Shown: piece by piece, positions 40,678-49,608 of the stretch
Layout of the letters: every line of letters begins with the position of its first letter
Numbering within the stretch: position 1 is the stretch's first letter
DNA from: Patescibacteria group bacterium
Lineage (GTDB): Bacteria; Patescibacteriota; Patescibacteriia; 2-01-FULL-39-33
Assembly: GCA_041650895.1 (NCBI GenBank)
Contig: JBAZKF010000001.1
Span: forward strand, 637,181-701,180
Reading direction: 5' to 3'
Length of the DNA: 64,000 nt
The notes under the pieces: model-generated
What the model saw: the letters and a program-made list of their open reading frames with translations, nothing else
The model's database searches: none
Told to the model about the DNA's origin: nothing
Position numbers and translations under genes: made by a program

Positions 40678-41439
40678 ATGTATATTGAAGTGCTAAATAA
40701 TATTGGCCTGTCAACCAACGAAGCCAGGATTTATAATGCGCTTTTGGAGATAAAAACCGGTACAGTCAGCGCCATTTCCAAGCACGCCGGCATTGACCGG
40801 CGCAATGTTTATGACACCATTCATCGTTTAATCAAACAAGGATTGGTTTATCAGATTATGCCCAGGAAAACCTTGACTTACGCCCCAGTCAGCCCGGAAA
40901 AATTGCGCGAGTTCGTTGAGGAGAAGGTAAAAGAATTAGAAACCGCGCTTCCGGGTATGCTTAAAAAGTTTGATTTGGTGAGCCCGACCCAGCAAATCTC
41001 TATTTTTAAAGGTGTCAGGGGATTAAAGAGTTATATTAATTTAATCCTAAAAACCGGCCGAAACGTTTACGGTTTAGGCAGTAAGGGATCGTGGTTTGAT
41101 CCGCGCGTCAAGAATTTCAGCATCCGGGCTTGCCAGGAATGGAAAAAGAAGAAAATCAAAGGAAAATATATTTATGACGCAGAAATAAGAAACCATCCGG
41201 AGGTGATTAAATGGATCGGTGGGGCGTATAAATTTTTACCCGCCAAATATTCCTCTAACTCATCATTGGAAATTTTTGGCGATTACGTGGTTATTTATTC
41301 CGGCATGAGCCCCAAGGAATTGGATGATGATATTAGTTTTTTTGTTTTGCGCGATAAGACACTGGCGCATGATTACAGAAAATGGTTTGATTTGATTTGG
41401 GATTTATTGCCGGCGGCAGGCAAAAGCGGTAAAAAATAA
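40678..41439 (+). CDS. TrmB-family (sugar-responsive) transcriptional regulator
   Basis: N-terminal wHTH LSTNEARIYNALLEIKTGTVSAISKHAGIDRRNVYDTIHRLIKQGLV is typical of TrmB. Confidence 0.65.
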   Translation: MYIEVLNNIGLSTNEARIYNALLEIKTGTVSAISKHAGIDRRNVYDTIHRLIKQGLVYQIMPRKTLTYAPVSPEKLREFVEEKVKELETALPGMLKKFDLVSPTQQISIFKGVRGLKSYINLILKTGRNVYGLGSKGSWFDPRVKNFSIRACQEWKKKKIKGKYIYDAEIRNHPEVIKWIGGAYKFLPAKYSSNSSLEIFGDYVVIYSGMSPKELDDDISFFVLRDKTLAHDYRKWFDLIWDLLPAAGKSGKK

Positions 41440-41584
41440 TTGGACTTTAATTTGAAGTTTTTATGAATAGAGCATGAGGGAGTATGACTAAGCCGAGGTA
41501 TTGAAAGGAAGCCGTCCAATATGTTAAAATAAATCAAGAGAATTACTCAATTCTTCTATAATTAAACCAAAGAATAAAGTAAAT

Positions 41585-44500
41585 ATGACTTTATTTTTAC
41601 AAAAAACAAAAAAAGCAGTCAGTCGAATCGGGACAGCTATCCTTAAAAACTTAGGATCAGCTGTTTTTTTATCAATTATTTTTATTTTGATTTTTCTTGG
41701 TTATAACTCAGTAAAAAAGATTAATGTAGCCCAAGCGCTGACAGGCGATAGTTTGGTCAGTTCACAATCCCAAAACTCAAACAGTATCGGTCAATATGAA
41801 AAATTTGAACTGACGTTCATTTTGGAAGGAAATTATTCTGATCCTTCGAACACCGCGACTTATAAAAATCCCTTTGATGCGGACCAAATAAAAGTTGATG
41901 TAATTTTTACACAGCCTGACGGTACACAAAAAATCATTCCTGCTTTCTACTATATGGAATATGATATTACTTCTACTAATCCCGAACGTTATGGCAACGG
42001 CCGAGACCCTTCTTGGAAAGCGCGTTTTACTCCTACGCAAATTGGTACGCATAATTACGTAATTAGAGTAATTGATAATAGTGGCACTCAGACTATTTCG
42101 GGGTCGAATACATTTCAATGTATTCCTTCATCTAAAAAAGGCTTTGTTCGCATTGATTCTCGCGATCCATATTTATTGCGTCGGACGACTGGCGAGCAGT
42201 TTGTTCCTATTGGTTATAATCAAAATTGCGCTGGAGCCGATACTGGAATAGCTTGGTGGACTACGCATTTTCAGAAGATGGTCGATAATGGCGTTACTTG
42301 GGAACGAGTTTGGATGACTAGTTATAATACTGGAGAGAACATAGAATGGACACCGAATAATATATATAATCCGCCACCTTATTATCATGGTGTGGGTCAA
42401 TATGGCATGGAAATTGCTTGGAGGTTGGATCATGTATTAGAGCTTGCTGAACAGAATAATATTGCCATCCAGCTTACTCTGCAGTATTTTCAGCAGTTTT
42501 TAAGTTATGATGAGTGGCGTAATAATCCTTATAACATCGCCAATGCGGCTTACGGCGGTTGGCTGACCGATCCGCAACAGTTTTTTACTAATACGGAAGC
42601 GCGACGTTTGACCAAAAATAAATATCGTTATATTGTGGCTCGTTGGGGTTATTCTACCGCTATTCATAGTTGGGAATTATTCAATGAAGTCGGATATTCA
42701 AGTGGAGCAAGCAGTAATGCCGCGGCGATTGTTGCGTGGCATACGGAAATGGCGCAATTCTTAAAAGATATCGATTCTTTTGATCATCTTATTACAACTA
42801 GTCTTGAAGCTGGTTATAATGAGTCCTTTGAGGATCCTTTTTGGCTACTCCCGAGCATAGACTTAGTGCAGGTCCACTCTTATTCAACGGATATTTTTTC
42901 TTATACGCAAACAGTAACGGAAAAGCTTCGTAAGTATGGGAAACCGATTTTTACGGCGGAGTTTGGCTTAAGTGCTGATAATAATTCTCCTGAACGCACT
43001 TATAATTCTTTTTCTGAACCGTACCGTTCGCAGCTTCTAGAAGGTTTGCATATGCATAACGCTATCTGGCAGGCGCTCCATCTAAAATCAGGCGCACATA
43101 TTTGGGAGGCTCCCTATGTTAATAATCTACAACTTTATAAACTTTATAAACCTTTATTTTTATATATTAACAGTGAGAGTTTAGGAGACAAGGCATTAGT
43201 AAGTACTGTGGCTAATTTAACTACGCAGAAGCAGTCTAATGAACCATTAGTTCAGGCAAATATTCCTGGGTTATCATTGTTTTACGATGTTCCACAACAA
43301 ACAACATTTACCGTAGATCAGTATGGGCAAATAGAGGGGCTTTCAAAGATGACCGGTCATTTGCACGGAAGTTGGCATGAAAATTTGCGTTCTGATCCGA
43401 TTTTACTGACAAATTTTGATGCGCCGGCGGTTTTGCAGGTTAATATTCCGCAAGTTGCGGCTAATGCTAATAATGGCATGAGTATTACTTTAGACGGAGT
43501 GATTGTGAAAACAGTGGCTCCACCGAGTGGCGCTACTAATTTGCAATATGAAGTGAATATTCCCGCCGGGTCGCATACTGTTCAGGTAAAAAACACTGGA
43601 TTTGATTGGATTCGTATAACCAACTATGCTTTTAGCAGTCCGACTTCAGCCGTTTTTAATTCGCATATATTGCGTAGTATCGGTTTGGTGGGAAACAATA
43701 CTGCTTATTTATGGGTTTACGATATCGGTAGCCAATATGGGTTGACAAATAATGGAGTGATTAATAGTGCGACATTTTCGCTACCCGGTTTCAGTAATGG
43801 CATTTATAATATTCAGTATTATAATACCTGGGGTACAGGAGGAATAATTAGTGAGACACAAGCTCAAGTAACGAACGGTATTTTGACGGGAACAATACCC
43901 AGCTTTTCAAAAGATATCGCTATCAAAGTAAAATTAGGATCAGTAGGGTCTTGTATTGAAAATTGGTCCTGCGGTGCTTGGTCATCCTGCTCTAATAGTA
44001 GTCAAACTAGAACTTGTGTTGATTCCAATATTTGCGGTACCACTAGGAATAAACCAATAGTTTATCAGTCCTGCTCTTTACCGTCTTCCGGTTGTACAGA
44101 AAATTGGTCTTGTGGCACTTGGTCGGCTTGCACCAGCTATAGTCAGAGTAGAGTCTGTACTGATACTAATAGCTGTGGCACTATTACCAGTAGGCCGGCG
44201 ATGTCTCAAACCTGCAGTATAACTTGCTCGCCAAAGTGGAATTGCACGGCCTGGTCGGGATGTTCTAATGGTAAACAAATTCGGACTTGTACTGATAGTC
44301 ACGGTTGTAAATTAGAAAGCACTAGACCGGCGGAAAGCCAGACTTGCGGCAGTTCTAATTCTTCTGGCCCAGCTGCCAACTCAACAATAATTAATTATGC
44401 GAATAAGGCCGGCTATTTCACTGGCCGAATGGTAAAGACAGCTGATAATCCAGCTATTTATCATGTAACTGAGAATGGTGATAGGCATCTATATGTTAAT

Positions 44501-44938
44501 GAAGCGACTTATTGGACTTGGCATACCGGTACCTGGAAAGAACAGCAGTTGGAAATAGTCACTCAGGCGTCTTTTGATGCTTTGCCGGAAGGCGAGCATG
44601 TCAATGTCAATCCTGGATCTAGGCTGATTAAATTTGATAACAGTCTCAGAACTTATATTATTTTTGGCGATAATAGTCTAAAGTATATAAACGAAGAGGC
44701 TGTAATAAAGTGGTTTGGATCAGGATGGGAAAGCAAGATAGTTATCATTCAGTCCGGTTTTGAAAATGATTATATTAAAAATGACACCGCCTTCATTGAC
44801 ACTGATGATGATGGCTTATCTGATAGTGATGAGACCGACATTTATAATACTCAGCCGACTAACGCTGATAGCGACGGCGATGGCTATAAAGACGGGCGAG
44901 AAGTTTTACTCGGTTATGATCCTAATTCAAAGGATTAA
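41585..44938 (+). CDS. large secreted multidomain glycoside hydrolase (GH5-like catalytic domain, 3x Cys-rich ~45-aa modules, C-terminal Ca-binding Asp-rich repeats)
   Basis: N-terminal TM/signal. Candidate catalytic acid/base WELFNEVG and nucleophile region FTAEFG (GH5-like). Three tandem modules C-x3-W-x-C-G-x-W-S-x-C-x5-Q-x-R-x-C-x-D-x3-C-G-T. C-terminus DTDDDGLSDSDETD...DSDGDGYKDG is thrombospondin-type-3 / dockerin-like. Confidence 0.65.
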   Translation: MTLFLQKTKKAVSRIGTAILKNLGSAVFLSIIFILIFLGYNSVKKINVAQALTGDSLVSSQSQNSNSIGQYEKFELTFILEGNYSDPSNTATYKNPFDADQIKVDVIFTQPDGTQKIIPAFYYMEYDITSTNPERYGNGRDPSWKARFTPTQIGTHNYVIRVIDNSGTQTISGSNTFQCIPSSKKGFVRIDSRDPYLLRRTTGEQFVPIGYNQNCAGADTGIAWWTTHFQKMVDNGVTWERVWMTSYNTGENIEWTPNNIYNPPPYYHGVGQYGMEIAWRLDHVLELAEQNNIAIQLTLQYFQQFLSYDEWRNNPYNIANAAYGGWLTDPQQFFTNTEARRLTKNKYRYIVARWGYSTAIHSWELFNEVGYSSGASSNAAAIVAWHTEMAQFLKDIDSFDHLITTSLEAGYNESFEDPFWLLPSIDLVQVHSYSTDIFSYTQTVTEKLRKYGKPIFTAEFGLSADNNSPERTYNSFSEPYRSQLLEGLHMHNAIWQALHLKSGAHIWEAPYVNNLQLYKLYKPLFLYINSESLGDKALVSTVANLTTQKQSNEPLVQANIPGLSLFYDVPQQTTFTVDQYGQIEGLSKMTGHLHGSWHENLRSDPILLTNFDAPAVLQVNIPQVAANANNGMSITLDGVIVKTVAPPSGATNLQYEVNIPAGSHTVQVKNTGFDWIRITNYAFSSPTSAVFNSHILRSIGLVGNNTAYLWVYDIGSQYGLTNNGVINSATFSLPGFSNGIYNIQYYNTWGTGGIISETQAQVTNGILTGTIPSFSKDIAIKVKLGSVGSCIENWSCGAWSSCSNSSQTRTCVDSNICGTTRNKPIVYQSCSLPSSGCTENWSCGTWSACTSYSQSRVCTDTNSCGTITSRPAMSQTCSITCSPKWNCTAWSGCSNGKQIRTCTDSHGCKLESTRPAESQTCGSSNSSGPAANSTIINYANKAGYFTGRMVKTADNPAIYHVTENGDRHLYVNEATYWTWHTGTWKEQQLEIVTQASFDALPEGEHVNVNPGSRLIKFDNSLRTYIIFGDNSLKYINEEAVIKWFGSGWESKIVIIQSGFENDYIKNDTAFIDTDDDGLSDSDETDIYNTQPTNADSDGDGYKDGREVLLGYDPNSKD

Positions 44939-45177
44939 GACGGTTGCATTGAAGCCGGCTAAAACTTCTTTCAAATGAAAATCCAAAGATTTCTTATTTG
45001 AAATAGTTGGCGGAGGATGAAAGTGGCAAAATATAATTTTTTGTTTTGTAAGCTGGATTACTTGCTTTATTTGGTTAGAATTGGTTAACAGTAAACAAAA
45101 ACCGGCTATATTAAATAGCTGGTTTTTGTTTGGGATAACTTAAGTTTGAATAAAGCCTTATGAACGTTCTCTCATGT

Positions 45178-45247
45178 CGGGGTGCGGGGAATTGAACCCC
45201 GTCTACACCCACCCCATGGGCGCGTACTACCGACATACTCCACCCCG
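45178..45247 (-). tRNA. tRNA-Pro(GGG)
   Basis: Minus strand reads CGGGGTG GA GTAT GTCGGTA GTAC G CGCCC ATGGGGT GGGTG TAGA CGGGG TTCAATT CCCCG CACCCCG A. Confidence 0.7.
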
Positions 45248-45636
45248 ATTTTATTTTTGGTATTTAGATAAATCTCGCTTCACTCTCGTTCAGCTCGTCC
45301 AGGGTTAGCGAAAATATGCCACTGGCATATTTTCGATCGTTCAATTTCGCGCTCTCGCGCTTATTTCACTTCTAACCTTTTAAAATCCTGGGCGGATTTT
45401 AAACCACCCCATGGGCGCGTACTACCGACATACTCCACCCCGATTTTATTTTTGGTATTTAGATAAATCTCGCTTCACTCTCGTTCAGCTCGTCCAGGGT
45501 TAGCGAAAATATGCCACTGGCATATTTTCGATCGTTCAATTTCGCGCTCTCGCGCTTATTTCACTTCTAACCTTTTAAAATCCTGGGCGGATTTTAAACC
45601 ACCCCATGGGCGCGTACTACCGACATACTCCACCCC
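45209..45636. repeat. 195-bp tandem direct repeat x2.2 containing copies of the tRNA-Pro(GGG) 5' half plus upstream sequence; each unit carries a perfect 27-bp palindrome
   Basis: Unit 45209-45403 is identical to 45404-45598; a partial third copy runs to 45636. Each unit begins with CCACCCCATGGGCGCGTACTACCGACATACTCCACCCCGA (the reverse complement of tRNA positions 1-40) and contains CGAAAATATGCCACTGGCATATTTTCG. Confidence 0.85.
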
Positions 45637-45711
45637 GTTGCCTATCAGGATCTTTATCTTTACTTAAAAGCTTGATTTACTATTGCAGTTTACTGAATTT
45701 TTAATAAAAAG

Positions 45712-46557
45712 TCAAGAATCCGAGCGTTTATTTTTAGCATAGTCAATCAGGGTTTGTCTCAAAGCTTCTTTAATTGGTCTCATGGTGATACCTAAATCAG
45801 CCAAGTTTTTTGACTGCAGAATATTACTAGAACGTTTCTTTACCGCAAGTCCCAGGTCGACCAGGTCAGCTTCATTAATCCAGCTATTTTCATGTTGTGG
45901 ATCAATCAACTCTCGATATAAATCAAGAATCTCCTTGTGCCTGATACTTCCGGGGTTAGTGACATGAAAAATTCCTCCAGCCCTTTTTGTTAATAACTGA
46001 TAAAAAACTTTTATCATGTCTCCAATTATCGTTACGCTATTTTCCACGTCAACGACTTGTTTATAAGCAGTTAACTTATCAATTAAGTTGCCACGATAAG
46101 GTAAATTATCGATGGGCATCCTGATTCTGGCAATGCCGACGTTAGGCAGATTCATTAAGGCCAGGTCGGCTGCATATTTTGATTTTGTATAAACTACTTC
46201 CGGATTAGCGAAATCAGTTTCTTTCCAACCCTTTGGTTCGGGAGATTGGCCATAAAAAATACAGCCGCTGCCAATGTGCAGTAAATAAACATCTTTTTTT
46301 GCGCAGGCCGATGCAATCATAAGAGGCAATAGGGTATTGCCTTTGATTGTTTCCAATTGATTAGTCTCGCACCAGTCAACATTCGGCTTACCGACAATTC
46401 CCGCCGCGTTTAAAACTACATCCGGGCAAAACTCTTCTAAAATATCAGTAACATCTTCAATTGAATTGATGATTTTATCTGATAGGATAGCCTCGTTTCT
46501 CCATTCTTGGGCACAACGGCTGCCAATATAGCCACTGCCGATAATCAGGATTTTAAT
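45712..46557 (-). CDS. NAD(P)-dependent sugar-nucleotide reductase/epimerase (RmlD-like) lacking a canonical ATG start
   Basis: The Rossmann N-terminus (I)KILIIGSGYIG is encoded in-frame upstream of the first ATG, which lies at residue ~68. The expected ATG position reads ATT. The RmlD-like C-terminal substrate-binding region is present. Confidence 0.5.
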   Translation of the reverse strand: MKILIIGSGYIGSRCAQEWRNEAILSDKIINSIEDVTDILEEFCPDVVLNAAGIVGKPNVDWCETNQLETIKGNTLLPLMIASACAKKDVYLLHIGSGCIFYGQSPEPKGWKETDFANPEVVYTKSKYAADLALMNLPNVGIARIRMPIDNLPYRGNLIDKLTAYKQVVDVENSVTIIGDMIKVFYQLLTKRAGGIFHVTNPGSIRHKEILDLYRELIDPQHENSWINEADLVDLGLAVKKRSSNILQSKNLADLGITMRPIKEALRQTLIDYAKNKRSDS

Positions 46558-46722
46558 ATTTATTTTTTTGATTTATTTAATAACTGCATTTTAGCAACTA
46601 AATTGCCGAATAGGAAATCGCTCCTATTATCTATAAACTAATTGTTGGCAATCACTATTGACAATTTTTTAGTGTTATGATACAATTTGGTATTAATTGA
46701 ACCTTAACAATGGAGATAAAAT

Positions 46723-46917
46723 ATGGGTAAATTGCCGTTTATTGAGCCGGAAAGATGCGGTCAGTGCGGCCGTTTAACCAGAATTTACGATTCTAAAAAT
46801 CAAGTCTGTTTTAATTGTTATCATAATTTAAGTCCTTTTGCGAAAAAGAAGCAGGGAAGTGACGGGCAACCCGTAGTTGTTCCGCCGACAAGCAATGTTC
46901 TTAATGTAAGGATTTAA
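46723..46917 (+). CDS. hypothetical small zinc-ribbon protein
   Basis: CGQCGR...CFNC; SD GGAGAT. Confidence 0.4.
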   Translation: MGKLPFIEPERCGQCGRLTRIYDSKNQVCFNCYHNLSPFAKKKQGSDGQPVVVPPTSNVLNVRI

Positions 46918-46933
46918 CCGGAAGGAGATACAG

Positions 46934-47914
46934 ATGAAAAGTTCAGCCGTGGTTTTATGTTTAATCCTGGCGTCCGCTTTGATTTTATCGTCGGGTTGCG
47001 CCACTAATCGAAGAGTTGAAACGGTCGTTACCACCACATCGGAAAACGGCATAACGACTGTTACTGAAGAAACGGTTATTACGGAAGAAGTTGTCTATCC
47101 CGATCCTGATCATTATTATTACGTTGTCGGCAGTGTTACGCATCGCGTCTACTTCGGCGTGGATACGGTTTGGGTCCGTCCGGTGCCGGTTGATTATGTG
47201 GTATTAAATTATTATTGGCGTCCGACGTCTTATTACCGCAGTCATTTTCATCGGTCGCCCGGTCATCATCACGGTTATGTTGACGTGAATGTGGGTATTT
47301 ATGGTGTTTCAATGACTCATCATCGGCCAAGATCTTATTCTTCGCCATCGCGGCATGAACCGCCGCGATTGCGACCTGAGTCCAGGCATGGGCAACCGCA
47401 ACACATGTCACCGCCACGACAGCAGACGCAACATGGCAGTCCCAGCATGAATCGCTCGGTAACGCCGTCGCGGCCGTCTTATGCGTCACCGTCTCGGCCA
47501 CAAACACCGCAGACGCCGGCGAGATCAGTAGCCCCAGCTCGACCGATGCGTAGTGCGCCCCAAACTGTCCGGCCGACTTCGCCCGGACAGCAACACAATT
47601 CCAATGTAAACCATTCGCCGGTACCTTCGCGTCAAGCACCGTCGCGGCCGTCTCATGCGTCACCGTCTCGGCCACAAACACCGCAGACGCCGGCGAGATC
47701 AGTAGCCCCAGCTCGACCGACAACGCGAAGTATGTCGCCGGTTCGTTTACCACAACGCAGTGCGCCGGCAAGATCGGTGGCACCCGCCCGGTCGTCTCGG
47801 CCAACTCATAGCGTGTCGCCCGCTCGTTCGCCACAACGCAGTGCGCCCGTCAATCGATCCCGGTCCGCTCGTCCTACAAATAGTGGCGGACGTGGTAATG
47901 GTCGTAACAAATAA
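46934..47914 (+). CDS. secreted lipoprotein with Pro/Ser/Arg-rich low-complexity C-terminal repeats
   Basis: SD AAGGAGA. Lipobox LSSGC. An internal ~67-nt segment is directly repeated (47479-47545 and 47653-47719), which encodes the repeated SPSRPQTPQTPARSVAPARP. Confidence 0.6.
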   Translation: MKSSAVVLCLILASALILSSGCATNRRVETVVTTTSENGITTVTEETVITEEVVYPDPDHYYYVVGSVTHRVYFGVDTVWVRPVPVDYVVLNYYWRPTSYYRSHFHRSPGHHHGYVDVNVGIYGVSMTHHRPRSYSSPSRHEPPRLRPESRHGQPQHMSPPRQQTQHGSPSMNRSVTPSRPSYASPSRPQTPQTPARSVAPARPMRSAPQTVRPTSPGQQHNSNVNHSPVPSRQAPSRPSHASPSRPQTPQTPARSVAPARPTTRSMSPVRLPQRSAPARSVAPARSSRPTHSVSPARSPQRSAPVNRSRSARPTNSGGRGNGRNK

Positions 47915-47925
47915 GGAGGAAAGCC

Positions 47926-48108
47926 ATGATTACATTTATCCTGACAATATTGCTTTATGGTTTAGGAATTATTCTTTTATTGGCTTCCCTGATGGTTTTT
48001 GACTCAACAAAGATGGAAGAAAAAGATTTTAGGCAACTTATCATTGCAATTGCTCTGGCCGCCGTCTGCTTTCTTGCTTCTCTAACCTGTCACGTGATTA
48101 TGACATAA
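47926..48108 (+). CDS. hypothetical 60-aa two-TM membrane protein
   Basis: SD AAGGAGGAAAGCC ATG; two hydrophobic helices. Confidence 0.4.
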   Translation: MITFILTILLYGLGIILLLASLMVFDSTKMEEKDFRQLIIAIALAAVCFLASLTCHVIMT

Positions 48109-48195
48109 AGATAAACGTACTTTTTTGGCCGGAGAGCTTGTCTCTCCGGTTTTAATATTGCCTAAAGAGTTCAATCTTGTTACCATACTATTAAT

Positions 48196-49440
48196 ATGAA
48201 AATTATCGCCGATCTCCATATCCATTCCAAATATTCCCGCAGTTGCAGTCAAGATCTGACTTTACCCAATATCGCCAAATGGTGTGAGCGTAAGGGTATA
48301 GGACTGGTTACTACCGGTGATTTCACTCATCCGGCCTGGTTTAAATCAATTAAAGAAGAATTAATTCAAGCGGAACAGGGATTTTTTCGGCTTAAAGACG
48401 ACCCCTCCACGGTTAGGTTTGTTTTAGGCGGAGAAATCAGTTGTATTTATACTCAAGGAGGGAAATGTCGTCGTGTACATATTTGTTTGCTTTTGCCGTC
48501 AATTGAAGCGGCGGAGGAATTAATTCAAGAGTTAATTAATCGCGGCTGCAATCTCAAATCCGACGGTCGTCCGATTATCGGCTTGTCGGCCAAGGAGCTG
48601 GCGCGTTTGGCTTTTGAGATTGATGAAAATATTATCGTCTTTCCCGCGCATGTGTGGACGCCATGGTTTGCCGTGTTCGGTTCCAAGTCGGGATTTGATT
48701 CGCTTCAGGAATGCTTTGAAGAATTGACACCGAAAATTTTTTCAGTGGAGACGGGGCTATCCTCCGATCCATTAATGAACTGGAGTTTGTCATGTTTGGA
48801 TGAAATAACTCTGCTCTCTAATTCTGACGCGCACTCGCCAGCCAATCTCGGACGCGAAGCTAATGTATTTGATTTTAAGGAAAACGAATTCACTTATCAA
48901 GAACTGAGAAGAATAATAAAAGAAAAAGATCGAAAAAAATTTCTGATGACCTTGGAGTTTTTTCCCGAAGAAGGCAAGTATCATATTGACGGCCATGCCG
49001 CTTGCGGTTTTTTTTGCGTGCCGGAAAAAAGCAAACAGTTGGATAACAAATGTCCTAAGTGCGGCAAGTCGCTTGTTCTAGGCGTACTCAATCGGGTTAG
49101 CTTATTAGCCGATCGGAGCGAGATCAAGGCGGATGAGTTCATTCCCTATAAGAATCTGATTCCTTTGCAGGAAATAATCGCCGACGTTTTGGAAGTCGGC
49201 AAAAGTTCCAAGAAAGTCCAGAGAGAGTACTTAAGTTTAGTCCGCCATGCCAATGAGTTTTCCGTGTTATTGGATTCATCCTTGGCGGAATTGAGGGAAA
49301 TCACTTTACCGGAAGTCGCCGAAGCCATAATCGCCATGCGTCAAGGCCAGGTGGAGATTTCCGCCGGTTATGACGGAGTTTTTGGAAAGATAAAAATAAA
49401 AAATGCCCGACTTAGGGTCGAACAGAAAAAAAAATTTTGA
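48196..49440 (+). CDS. PHP-domain nuclease, endonuclease Q-like
   Basis: N-terminal PHP motif IADLHIHSKYSRSCS. C-terminal zinc-finger CPKCGKSLVLG. ~414 aa matches the EndoQ architecture. Ends with a TGA stop. Confidence 0.55.
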   Translation: MKIIADLHIHSKYSRSCSQDLTLPNIAKWCERKGIGLVTTGDFTHPAWFKSIKEELIQAEQGFFRLKDDPSTVRFVLGGEISCIYTQGGKCRRVHICLLLPSIEAAEELIQELINRGCNLKSDGRPIIGLSAKELARLAFEIDENIIVFPAHVWTPWFAVFGSKSGFDSLQECFEELTPKIFSVETGLSSDPLMNWSLSCLDEITLLSNSDAHSPANLGREANVFDFKENEFTYQELRRIIKEKDRKKFLMTLEFFPEEGKYHIDGHAACGFFCVPEKSKQLDNKCPKCGKSLVLGVLNRVSLLADRSEIKADEFIPYKNLIPLQEIIADVLEVGKSSKKVQREYLSLVRHANEFSVLLDSSLAELREITLPEVAEAIIAMRQGQVEISAGYDGVFGKIKIKNARLRVEQKKKF

Positions 49441-49465
49441 AATTAAAACAAAATTTTTACCAAAG

Positions 49466-49497
49466 AAAAAATCCCCTTCTGCAGAGAGGGGATTTTT
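49466..49497. terminator. bidirectional terminator
   Basis: AAAAAATCCCCTTCTGCAGAGAGGGGATTTTT. Confidence 0.65.
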
Positions 49498-49512
49498 CCC
49501 TTGAGAAAATTC

Positions 49513-49608
49513 TTATTTCTTCTTTTTTTTAGCAGCTTTCTTTTTCTTTGCTGGTTTCTTTTTTGCAACTTTTTTCACAGCTTTCTTCGCTTTTTTCTTT
49601 TTTGCCAT
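49513..49608 (-). CDS. putative 31-aa poly-lysine/alanine peptide
   Basis: MAKKKKAKKAVKKVAKKKPAKKKKAAKKKKK. Strong SD AAGGGGGTGA 8 nt upstream. Missed by the ORF track because it is under 60 aa. Confidence 0.4.
   Translation of the reverse strand: MAKKKKAKKAVKKVAKKKPAKKKKAAKKKKK

Noticed and set aside
45209-45636. Possible CRISPR array, suggested by the regularly spaced 40-nt repeats
   Set aside because: The spacers between the repeats are identical to each other, so this is a 195-bp tandem duplication. There are no cas genes.
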